From the NCBI GenBank assembly GCA_041686915.1, contig JAWLDB010000002.1, positions 1 through 63,365 of the forward strand: a stretch of DNA of 63,365 nt, read 5' to 3'. Position numbers and translations under genes: made by a program. Positions 17,817 to 26,179 of this stretch are shown here, piece by piece (within the stretch, counting starts at the first letter, position 1; every line of letters starts with the position of its first letter). Source of the DNA: Bacillota bacterium. GTDB lineage: Bacteria > Bacillota > UBA994 > UBA5500. The notes below the pieces were generated by a model. The model did not search any database. It was not told the origin of the DNA and was given only the letters and a program-made list of their open reading frames with translations.

Positions 17817-18905
17817 TTATTTCTCAGAATCCTCTTCTGTTGTTTCTTTATGTTTGCGACCACGTAGGAATGCACTGAAGCGTCTCCACAGCTTTAGAGC
17901 CCATGGAGAGAAATTGCGCCACAGCCAGAACGGGAACCTCCGGATTGGCAGCTCATATTCACCCACAAACTCAATCAACTCACCGCCAAAGCTCTTCTTG
18001 AACTGATATAACCCATGAAGTGGTGACTCTTCTGAGTAGTCTACCGGCACACCGAAGAAGTCGAATACTTCAGCTCCGCGCGATTTGGCCCAAAGCATGC
18101 GGCGCCAGTTAAGGCCGTAATAGCCACGCAGATTAGCGAACTCGCGCACCATTCCACCGTAGACAGCCCAGCCGATTTTCCCGGTAACAACGGTCACGCC
18201 GGCGGCGACTACTTGTCCCTCGTGAAGCGCCAACATCAATGAAGCCTGATCTCCCATGGAATCAAGCAATCGCTCGTAGTACTCCGGGCCGCGCTCGAGG
18301 AATTTCTTACGGCGACTGGTATCTCGTAATGCTTCCATCAAGAGCGGAATATCCTCTTTAGTGCCAAGCCTGAAATCCACACCGTTCTTCTCTGGGTAAC
18401 GAATGCTGTAGCGGGTCTTCTTGGGCATCGTCGCCAACAGTTCTTCCTCATCAGCAGAAATGTCGAGACGAAAAGTTAGGCGCGGCTGCGTTCCCCCAAA
18501 GGGGTGATCCGAAACGACTCTCTCGAAACCGATTTCCTCCAGCGTTTTGGCCCGCTGTTTACTAGTCCAAGCCGGGTCAATCTTCAGTGCAAAGACCCCT
18601 TGCCTCCTCATTTCCTCCCGCAGTTGCTCCAGAAAGTGAGGGAGGTACTGTGCCGCATCATCAACCAACAATACTGGTCCGCGGGGCGCATAACCCAGGG
18701 ACCAAGGTAGCAAAGGCGGCTTGCGCAACCAGACTGTAACCGCTATCACCGGCCCACCACCCTGGTCATACGAGTAATGCACGGGCCTCCAGCTGACTGA
18801 CTTCAGCTTTGCCCAAACGGCAGTCTGCGCAAAGTCAGGTTCTGGTGAGCTTTGTATCAGTTTATCAAATTGGCCGGCGTCATCCGGACCTACTCTTCTC
18901 AGCAT
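17817..18905 (-). CDS. FemAB-family peptidyltransferase (aminoacyl-tRNA-dependent peptidoglycan branch formation)
   Basis: The length and sequence pattern (FAQTAVWAKLK..., two GNAT-like lobes, C-terminal helical region) fit the FemX/FemAB family. The second ATG has proper SD spacing after GGAGGA. Confidence 0.7.
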   Translation of the reverse strand: MLRRVGPDDAGQFDKLIQSSPEPDFAQTAVWAKLKSVSWRPVHYSYDQGGGPVIAVTVWLRKPPLLPWSLGYAPRGPVLLVDDAAQYLPHFLEQLREEMRRQGVFALKIDPAWTSKQRAKTLEEIGFERVVSDHPFGGTQPRLTFRLDISADEEELLATMPKKTRYSIRYPEKNGVDFRLGTKEDIPLLMEALRDTSRRKKFLERGPEYYERLLDSMGDQASLMLALHEGQVVAAGVTVVTGKIGWAVYGGMVREFANLRGYYGLNWRRMLWAKSRGAEVFDFFGVPVDYSEESPLHGLYQFKKSFGGELIEFVGEYELPIRRFPFWLWRNFSPWALKLWRRFSAFLRGRKHKETTEEDSEK

Positions 18906-18961
18906 CAGCATAGTCCTCCGTTCGCGGGCAACAGGTAATAGCCCGTCCGCCCCTTCCTCTA

Positions 18962-18990
18962 ATTATAGGATTGACAAAAATAGGCGTCAA
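18962..18990 (-). promoter_or_regulatory. Sigma-A-type promoter for the femAB-like/murE-like operon
   Basis: On the minus strand, TTGACG - 17 nt - TATAAT. Confidence 0.6.
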
Positions 18991-19099
18991 GTTAACTCCC
19001 TGGACAGTTCCTGACGCGAAAATTTGGTCTGACTAAGCAGGTTTTGACAAAACAATGCTGAAATTCTACTTTAGGCAATTCCACCAAGGAGGGATCTGA

Positions 19100-20746
19100 T
19101 TGGCTCGTAAAGTCGACGTCGTGTTCAACAAGTACTACCGCTATGACGAAATCACCGCTTATTTACAGGCAGTTGCTGCAGCTTATCCCGAGATCGCCAG
19201 GCTGGAGTCGGCTGGCAAGAGTTATGAGGGCCGCGACATTTGGGTAATGACCCTCACTAACCAGGCTACCGGCCCCGACCTCGAAAAGCCGGGCATATAT
19301 GTAGATGGCAACATTCATGCTGGCGAAGTGACTGCCGCCATGGTCTGTTTGTCTGCCATAGACTACCTGGTCTCCAACTATGGTGAGGATGAGGAAGTCA
19401 CTCATCTGCTGAACACTCGCTCCTTCTACATCCTTCCCCGCGTAAACCCGGACGGAGCCGAGAAGTATTTGACGACGCCGTTTATGCTGCGCAGCAGTGT
19501 AAAACCATATCCACATCCGTTTGAAGAGTTCGATGAAATGCCCGGATTACATCCTTACGATGTGGATGGCGACGGCTGGATATTGACGATGCGCGTGCGT
19601 GACGACAAGAAGGGTGAGTGGAAAGCATCGGACAAAGATGCCCGCCTGATGCTACCACGGCGACCAGGCGAACGCAAAGGTCCCTTCTATCGCATCTATA
19701 CTGAAGGTGTAATCAAGGAGTTTGAGGGAGAACCGTTTACAGTACATCGCAGCCCCTTTGGTCTGGACCTAAACCGCAACTTCCCACACAATTGGGACTT
19801 AACGGTAAACGGCGGCGGCGTATACCCGAGTTCTGAGCCGGAAGCAAAGACGATAATCGACTTCTTGCTAGCACACCGTAATGTCAGTTTGCTTAACGCC
19901 TTCCATACTTCAGGCGGGTTCTTCTTCCGCAATCCGTATCAGTATGGTGAGGACAAAATGGACCAGGATGACCTGAGGGCCACCAAGGAAATCGCCCTCG
20001 AAGGCACCTATGTCACCGGTTATCCGGATGTTAAGTCGAACAACAAAGCCACTCTCACCGAGTGGGCTTATGAGCAACATGGCATCATCGGCTATACCAC
20101 AGAGCTCTGGGACCGTATGAGCCGCGCAGGTATCGACCGCAACGATTACCTGAAGGCTGATACGCCCGAGAAGCGCGAAGCGCTGCAGCTCAAGCTGCTT
20201 GAGTGGAATGACCGGGAACTCATGGGTAAGGGCTTTTTTGACTGGCGCGCCTTTGAGCATCCCCAACTAGGCTGGGTGGAGATCGGTGGATGGAACCCGA
20301 AGTTTGTGTTGCAAAATCCACCGCCACAGCTACTGGAACCGGAATGTTACAAGAACACCCAGTGGGTATTGCGCCAAGCGTCCGCTTTGCCGCAAGTTGC
20401 CATCGATGACGTACAGGTTGAGCAGGTGGAAGCCGGTGTGTTTAAAGTTACTGCCACGTTTGAGAACCTGGGATACCTGCCTACCTATACCACCAACAAG
20501 GGCAAGCAGGCGGGTGCTATCAAGCAGGACCGCGCAAGACTAAGCGGCGAGTTTAACCTACTCGCTGGGAAGCCGGAGATGGAAATCGGTTATCTGGAAG
20601 GCTACATGAACGGCCACCATGGCAACCCAGCCAAGTCAACTGCGCGCGTAAGCTGGTTACTGCAAGCCAAGTCGGGCGCTGACGTCAGGATCGAGCTGAT
20701 TAGCCAGCGCGGTGGCGTTGCCCGCACCTCCGTCTGCCTGAACTAG
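19100..20746 (+). CDS. M14-family zinc carboxypeptidase, no signal peptide (paralog 1)
   Basis: Zn ligands and catalytic residues are in order: GNIHAGEV (HxxE), DLNRNF, AFHTSGG, YTTELWD. The TTG start lies 6 nt after GGAGGG. Confidence 0.85.
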   Translation: MARKVDVVFNKYYRYDEITAYLQAVAAAYPEIARLESAGKSYEGRDIWVMTLTNQATGPDLEKPGIYVDGNIHAGEVTAAMVCLSAIDYLVSNYGEDEEVTHLLNTRSFYILPRVNPDGAEKYLTTPFMLRSSVKPYPHPFEEFDEMPGLHPYDVDGDGWILTMRVRDDKKGEWKASDKDARLMLPRRPGERKGPFYRIYTEGVIKEFEGEPFTVHRSPFGLDLNRNFPHNWDLTVNGGGVYPSSEPEAKTIIDFLLAHRNVSLLNAFHTSGGFFFRNPYQYGEDKMDQDDLRATKEIALEGTYVTGYPDVKSNNKATLTEWAYEQHGIIGYTTELWDRMSRAGIDRNDYLKADTPEKREALQLKLLEWNDRELMGKGFFDWRAFEHPQLGWVEIGGWNPKFVLQNPPPQLLEPECYKNTQWVLRQASALPQVAIDDVQVEQVEAGVFKVTATFENLGYLPTYTTNKGKQAGAIKQDRARLSGEFNLLAGKPEMEIGYLEGYMNGHHGNPAKSTARVSWLLQAKSGADVRIELISQRGGVARTSVCLN

Positions 20747-20751
20747 CAGCA

Positions 20752-21258
20752 ATGGCCATCAAACCTATTCGCCAGCTAGGCGACCCGGTATTACGGCAGG
20801 TTTCTCAACCAGTAGTGCAGTTTGAAACGAATGAACTCAGACAGCTGGTGGACGACCTGCGAGATACACTCCACTCCTTCCAAGCCAAACATGGCACAGG
20901 TCGCGGCATCGCAGCACCACAGATTGGCGTGCCACTAAGAGTGGTTTATCTGGAGTTTGCGGGAACACCGCATACGCTGATCAACCCTAGTTTCACTCAG
21001 CTAAGTGAAACCCTGTTCTCGGTTTGGGACTCCTGCTTCAGTTACTTCTGCATAGCCTTTGAGGTTATCCGGCATAGACACGTAACACTGAAGTACTATG
21101 ATATCTCCGGACGGGAGCATATCCTGGAAGCCTCCGACGACCTGGCTGAGCTGCTGCAGCATGAACTTGAACACCTGGATGGTATATTGGCCATCGATCA
21201 ACTGGTGCCTGCGGGGAAAATCATGGAGCAGTACGAGTTCCTCAAAGGTAATAAGTAA
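20752..21258 (+). CDS. def: Peptide deformylase-like metallohydrolase
   Basis: Motif 1 GIAAPQIG and motif 3 QHELEHLDG are canonical. Motif 2 is WDSCFS instead of EGCLS (the Cys is kept). The start lies 5 nt after the M14 stop. Confidence 0.75.
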   Translation: MAIKPIRQLGDPVLRQVSQPVVQFETNELRQLVDDLRDTLHSFQAKHGTGRGIAAPQIGVPLRVVYLEFAGTPHTLINPSFTQLSETLFSVWDSCFSYFCIAFEVIRHRHVTLKYYDISGREHILEASDDLAELLQHELEHLDGILAIDQLVPAGKIMEQYEFLKGNK

Positions 21259-21306
21259 CCACGCACCTCCCAACCGGCATAATCTGCTGGGAAGGAGGTG
21301 TTTTTT

Positions 21307-21981
21307 GTGCAACGAGATCCACGAGTACCCAAGTCTTGTCCTGGTGGGTTCCTGGGTCATTACCGGGTTGTCACGGGAGATACCATGTTTAACATTGCCC
21401 AGTTCTTCAGAGTTAGACCGATCACCCTGATCATGGCCAATCCACACATCGAGAACCCGGATGTGATCTATCCAGGAGACATCCTTTGCATTCCGGGGCT
21501 TGTCCCCTACCCCTGCTGTTTAGTGCTTCAACCGCGGGAGGAGGTACCCACTGGGACTAGCGCATCCGCGCTGCTGCACGTCGAGTTCCGGGGAGGTCAG
21601 GCTGTTTCAGTTGTGGCGGCGCTCCCCCCACCTGAGACTTGGGGTGAGTTTGACCTATACCTGGCAGAGGTACTAATCAACCCAGAGGTTGGCGGTTTTG
21701 GCAATCAGTTATTCCCCACACCGGAAGATCCACCGACTTGGTCGACCACCATCAACTTGCCAACGGTTGTAGAGGTTGCACCGGAAAGCTTCGTCGTGCT
21801 TCGTCCGGCCAACTCTGAGTCAGGAATCTCTGGTCCGGCCATTCTCCAGGGCAGCATGCGTGACTGCTTCGATAGTGCCACCTGCGCCGATAGTAGAGAA
21901 GAACAACTAGCGACAAAGGCAAGGACTGGGATTCGGCGTAGACTGCGCAGGCGACGTCGAAACCGTAAGCCCCGTAGATAG
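21307..21981 (+). CDS. LysM-domain protein with unknown middle domain and poly-Arg C-terminus
   Basis: LysM signature YRVVTGDTMFNIAQFF...NPDVIYPGDILCIPG. No signal peptide. The tail is RTGIRRRLRRRRRNRKPRR. The GTG at 21307 lies 8 nt after GGAGG. Confidence 0.75.
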   Translation: MQRDPRVPKSCPGGFLGHYRVVTGDTMFNIAQFFRVRPITLIMANPHIENPDVIYPGDILCIPGLVPYPCCLVLQPREEVPTGTSASALLHVEFRGGQAVSVVAALPPPETWGEFDLYLAEVLINPEVGGFGNQLFPTPEDPPTWSTTINLPTVVEVAPESFVVLRPANSESGISGPAILQGSMRDCFDSATCADSREEQLATKARTGIRRRLRRRRRNRKPRR

Positions 21982-22059
21982 CATAAAAGGTGCAGTCTGC
22001 AGGAATGTCTCATCTCTCCCGCCAATACACATACTGGCATTTGATCGGAGGGATAGAGC

Positions 22060-23712
22060 ATGAGCAAAGCGCTAGTCTCCTTTAACCACTATTGGCTGTA
22101 TGACGAGTTAGAGAGCTATTTGCACAGCATCTCCAGCGATTACCCGCGATTAGTCGACCTGCAGTCGGTTGGAACGAGCTATGAGGGACGCGACATCTGG
22201 GCAGTAACACTTACCGATACGGAGACAGGAGAGCATCATGAGAAAGCGGCCATCTACATTGATGGCAGCATCCATGCTGTTGAGGTTGCAGCCAGTATGA
22301 TCTGTCTTTACCTGATTGACTACCTGCTGAGCAGTTACGGCCTGGACGATGACGTAACCCACCTACTGAAAACCCGTACCTTCTACATACTACCCCGGGT
22401 TAACCCTGACGGTACAGAGAAGTACCTAACAACGCCATACATACTGCGCAGCAGTGTTCGGCCTTGGCCAAAGTCCATGAATGAGCATGCCAGTCTGTCT
22501 GGTCTCCATCCTGAGGACCTCAACGGCGACGGATATATTCTGAACATGCGGCAACGCGACGATAAGGTTGGCGAGTGGAAACTCTCCAGTCGCGACCCAC
22601 GCATCATGGTTCCCCGCAGGCCGGGAGACAGGTTTGGACCGTTTTACCGTATGTTCTCCTGGAGTGAGGGCTTGGTGCGCGATTATGAGGGCTGGCCCTT
22701 CGAGATTCACCATTCGCCTTGGGGAGTTGACCTAAACCGCAACTTCCCGCAGAGCTGGGACCCGAAACTTCTTGGTGCCGCAGATTACCCGGGTTCAGAG
22801 CCTGAGAGCCGGGCTGTGATGGACTTCATTCTCACCCACCGCAATATCAATTTGCTGAACGCCATTCATACCGCGGGCGGGCTGTTTTTCCGCAATCCCT
22901 ATCAGTATCAAGATGACAGGATGAACCCCGATGACTTGCGCTTCACCCGTGAAATAGCCTATGAAGGTACTGCATTAACCGGCTACCCGGATGTGAAATC
23001 AAACGGACGCGCTACCCTACCCGAATGGGCCTACGAACAGCTTGGGATTATTGGCTACACAACCGAAGCATGGGACAGACTGGGGCAAGCTGGCCTGCCC
23101 TACGATGCCTTCAGCAGGGCGAATACTTCTGCTGATCGGGAGCAGCTGCAGCTCCGACTGCTGCAATGGAATGACCGGGAGCTCATGGGCAAAGGTTTCT
23201 TCAACTGGAAGCCGTTTGATCATCCGCAGCTTGGGACAGTGGAGATTGGGGGCTGGAACCCGAAGTTCAACATGGCTAACCCGCCACCACAACTGCTGGC
23301 TGCCGAATGCCATAAAGTAAGCAAGTGGGCTGTCAGACAAGCTTCCGCCCTGCCGGAGGTTTCGCTAGGGGGCATGTTGGTAGAGCAAATCAGCGATGAC
23401 ACATGGAAGCTCGTGGCCACCTTTGAAAACGGTGGCTATCTCCCCACCTGCACGAGCAATAAAGCACGGGAGGTGCAGGCAGTCAGGCAGGACATTGTAT
23501 CACTGTCTGGCCCTGTGACTATTCTATCGGGCACACAGGTGCAGGATGCAGGATTTCTCGAAGGCTACGGACAGGGCCATGGGGGTCGGCCGGCACAATC
23601 TGCCGCACGGGTATGTTGGCTGCTGCGCGGTGAGGCAGGAACAGAGGTACAGGTTACCTATCAGAGCCAGCGTGGTGGCTTAGTCAGGGCTAACGTTAGA
23701 TTGGACAACTGA
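22060..23712 (+). CDS. M14-family zinc carboxypeptidase, no signal peptide (paralog 2)
   Basis: GSIHAVEV, DLNRNF, AIHTAGG and YTTEAWD are present. It is colinear with 19100..20746 over the full length, including the C-terminal extension (ELMGKGFF.W..F.HPQLG.VEIGGWNPKF). Confidence 0.85.
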   Translation: MSKALVSFNHYWLYDELESYLHSISSDYPRLVDLQSVGTSYEGRDIWAVTLTDTETGEHHEKAAIYIDGSIHAVEVAASMICLYLIDYLLSSYGLDDDVTHLLKTRTFYILPRVNPDGTEKYLTTPYILRSSVRPWPKSMNEHASLSGLHPEDLNGDGYILNMRQRDDKVGEWKLSSRDPRIMVPRRPGDRFGPFYRMFSWSEGLVRDYEGWPFEIHHSPWGVDLNRNFPQSWDPKLLGAADYPGSEPESRAVMDFILTHRNINLLNAIHTAGGLFFRNPYQYQDDRMNPDDLRFTREIAYEGTALTGYPDVKSNGRATLPEWAYEQLGIIGYTTEAWDRLGQAGLPYDAFSRANTSADREQLQLRLLQWNDRELMGKGFFNWKPFDHPQLGTVEIGGWNPKFNMANPPPQLLAAECHKVSKWAVRQASALPEVSLGGMLVEQISDDTWKLVATFENGGYLPTCTSNKAREVQAVRQDIVSLSGPVTILSGTQVQDAGFLEGYGQGHGGRPAQSAARVCWLLRGEAGTEVQVTYQSQRGGLVRANVRLDN

Positions 23713-23755
23713 ACGCATGCAGACAGGGGAGGCTGTATTAGCCTCCCCTGACCAC

Positions 23756-24907
23756 TTACGTTTGCGATTTCCTTTTCTTCCTGAACAGGTACCAAGTGTA
23801 GTCCATAATACACGAGTATAACTTGGGAACTTGCTCCTGCCTCTCACCTGGCAAGAGCACTTTTGCAGGCTTAGCATTAGCTTCCAGCATCCATAGTCGT
23901 AGGTCTCGGTCGTAAGCTAGGTCAACGCCAACCTCCCCCATGGTACCAAATGCTTTGTCTATGTGACGACAAATGATGTCCGCTACAAAATGGGCTTGTT
24001 TCTTCAACCACAGCGCCTTGGTAACAGAACCCGTAATCTGTTTCAGCGCATCGTACAACTCAAAATGCTCAGCACCCAGATGAAAATTAGTGGCAAACTG
24101 GCCTGACTGGCCAACTCGCATACGCGAAGATACTGGCACCCATCTGCCTGACTCATCTTTACCCATGTAGATCCTGATGTCACAGTTTCTACCTTCCATC
24201 TGCATCAGCGGTATCCGCTGCTGTACTATACTCTCCTGCCTACTCGAATTCTTCCTGACCAGCTTGGCTACCTGCGAAAACCTTAGACTCGTACGACGTT
24301 TCCCGGTATCTGAGCTTTGCCATCCATAGCGACGCCGACGCATCAACCAGACTAGCGAAATGCTGTCTCCCCCACTTCCGCTCACAGGCTTCACTAACAC
24401 TGATTTGTGCCGCGACAGCATCGTGCGTAAGTCACTGGAATCCCGGTAGATGACAGTGGCAGGCAGATATTTGGCTGTATCCGGGTATGCACGTAAGCGC
24501 GAATGGCAGTTCCACTTACCCAAAATATTGGTGCTGTTGATTAGCTTGGCAGTGCTGCGCATTTTGCGCCGGACTTTTAATAGAGGCCGTCTTTTCCCAG
24601 GCGGGCAACGGTAAATCCGGTCATAGAGCACATCTGGCCACGGCACGCGTTTACGGTACCATCGACCGTCTGAGCCCAGTACCCAGCCGTAAATCCTTTT
24701 CGCCCCCGGCTCAACATCGTCAAGCCCAAAGTAGTACGCCAGGATGCCAGCCGCCTGGGCAGCTTGCATATTGAGTATTGCCTCTTCCACTCTCTCCTGA
24801 TGTGACAGTTTATGTATGAACGTGACGTGGGTGAAGATGGCAAGTACAGGTCTTGCCCTGCGCCGTCGACGTTTCTTGCTGTTCTTGCGCCTTGGCTTGT
24901 TAGGCAT
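23756..24907 (-). CDS. YheC/YheD-family ATP-grasp protein (paralog 1), Arg-rich N-terminus
   Basis: The pattern GILAYYFGLDDV...RVPWPDVLYDR...EVGVDLAYDRDLRLWMLEANAKP fits the YheC/D ATP-grasp family (E-x-N Mg site). The ATG at 24907 follows GAGAGGGGGTGA. The N-terminus is MPNKPRRKNSKKRRRRRARP. Confidence 0.75.
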   Translation of the reverse strand: MPNKPRRKNSKKRRRRRARPVLAIFTHVTFIHKLSHQERVEEAILNMQAAQAAGILAYYFGLDDVEPGAKRIYGWVLGSDGRWYRKRVPWPDVLYDRIYRCPPGKRRPLLKVRRKMRSTAKLINSTNILGKWNCHSRLRAYPDTAKYLPATVIYRDSSDLRTMLSRHKSVLVKPVSGSGGDSISLVWLMRRRRYGWQSSDTGKRRTSLRFSQVAKLVRKNSSRQESIVQQRIPLMQMEGRNCDIRIYMGKDESGRWVPVSSRMRVGQSGQFATNFHLGAEHFELYDALKQITGSVTKALWLKKQAHFVADIICRHIDKAFGTMGEVGVDLAYDRDLRLWMLEANAKPAKVLLPGERQEQVPKLYSCIMDYTWYLFRKKRKSQT

Positions 24908-24928
24908 CGACGCATCACCCCCTCTCTC

Positions 24929-24956
24929 TATGCTATGGAGTTGAGGCAATCTCTGT
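24929..24956 (-). promoter_or_regulatory. Sigma-K-like promoter candidate
   Basis: On the minus strand, AC - 17 nt - CATAGCATA (consensus AC-N16/17-CATANNNTA), 21 nt upstream of the start codon. Confidence 0.45.
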
Positions 24957-25008
24957 GAAAAGCAATCCCGGTCATCACTCAGCTTGAGTGGTGTTCTAAA
25001 CTGCCCGA

Positions 25009-25042
25009 TATGAAAGAGACCCTCTGACTTGAAATCAGAGGG
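25009..25042 (-). terminator. Rho-independent terminator after ATP-grasp paralog 2
   Basis: On the minus strand, CCCTCTGA-TTTCAAG-TCAGAGGG followed by TCTCTTTCAT. Confidence 0.7.
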
Positions 25043-25044
25043 CG

Positions 25045-26142
25045 TTAGTCTTTGTGGCGATATAGGTACTTCGCGTACTGCATTGTCCTGGTGAACTTCT
25101 CCGGCACATAACCTTTATCGGTGCTTTGGTCTTTGTCAGGCCTCGCATTGGCTTCGACTATCCATAGCCGAAAATCCCGATCGAACGCCAGGTCGAGACC
25201 AACCTCGCCCATGCGCCCAACCCCTGCCTCCAGACGCTGCACTACCAACTCCGCCGTCTCCTTGACCTGCTGCATCAATTCTTCCACCCGGAAAACGTCC
25301 TTAAGGATCTTTAACAACTCTTGGTCCAGGTCGGCTGCCTGAGCACCCTGGTGGGTATTTGAGACTATCGACCCAGGTTCGCCGATACGTAATCTGAAGG
25401 AGTAAGGAATCCATTTACCCTGCAGTTCTTTCTGCATCAGTACACGGATATCCGCCTTTCTCTTGCCAATGGTCAGTATAGGGATTTCCTGCTGAACAAC
25501 TGAGTGCCTGCCTGAGATACGGAGTACTTTCCTATATAGTCTGCGGAATGACAGTCCCAGGTGTGGAGTGTTGTTTCCGGACTGTTGAAGGGCGTAGCTC
25601 CTGCCTGCTCTCCATGCGCGACAAACTCCCCGCCCACGGCTCCCTGTATCCGACTTGATGAACACCGCTGGATGTTGTCTCAACATTAGCCGCAGCTGCT
25701 TTGGGCCTCGATGCCGGACGGTATGGGGTAGAAGATCTCGGGTATCCGAATATCGTGTGAGTACGACGTGGCAGCGCCACTTCGCAAGCATCACGTCTGT
25801 ATTTATGGAGATAGTACTGCTGCGCAGCAGTCTATAGACTACCCTCGCCCTACTAGCTGCAGGGGGACGGCGCTGCACATACAGCACGTCAGGCCAGGGA
25901 AGATCCTGCTCCACCCAACGTCCATCAACCCGCAGCCATCCACGAATACGGCGCTGAGGCCAGTTTACCCCACGCAGGCCGAAGTGGTAAGCTGTGACAC
26001 CTTCCTGCTTAGCCGCAGCCGCATACAGATTGGCCTTGTCCAATGGCCCCTGTTTGGGCAGTCCATCAAGATATGCGTCTACCACCAGGATGCCCAAAAC
26101 TGGTACCCGTTTCTGACTTCTTTCAGTTTGCTCATCGATCAT
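25045..26142 (-). CDS. YheC/YheD-family ATP-grasp protein (paralog 2)
   Basis: GVTAYHFGLRGV...DLPWPDVLYVQR...EVGLDLAFDRDFRLWIVEANARP. GGAGGTGA SD is present. Confidence 0.75.
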   Translation of the reverse strand: MIDEQTERSQKRVPVLGILVVDAYLDGLPKQGPLDKANLYAAAAKQEGVTAYHFGLRGVNWPQRRIRGWLRVDGRWVEQDLPWPDVLYVQRRPPAASRARVVYRLLRSSTISINTDVMLAKWRCHVVLTRYSDTRDLLPHTVRHRGPKQLRLMLRQHPAVFIKSDTGSRGRGVCRAWRAGRSYALQQSGNNTPHLGLSFRRLYRKVLRISGRHSVVQQEIPILTIGKRKADIRVLMQKELQGKWIPYSFRLRIGEPGSIVSNTHQGAQAADLDQELLKILKDVFRVEELMQQVKETAELVVQRLEAGVGRMGEVGLDLAFDRDFRLWIVEANARPDKDQSTDKGYVPEKFTRTMQYAKYLYRHKD

Positions 26143-26179
26143 GCAATCACCTCCAAGCAGTCTGCATGATTAGCTATAC

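Noticed and set aside
23756-26142. Two tandem ATP-grasp genes as a microviridin/graspetide-type RiPP cluster.
   Set aside because: The sequence pattern matches the YheC/YheD family rather than MdnB/MdnC-type ligases. No small precursor-peptide ORF, leader-binding partner, GNAT or ABC exporter is adjacent. Each gene is monocistronic.
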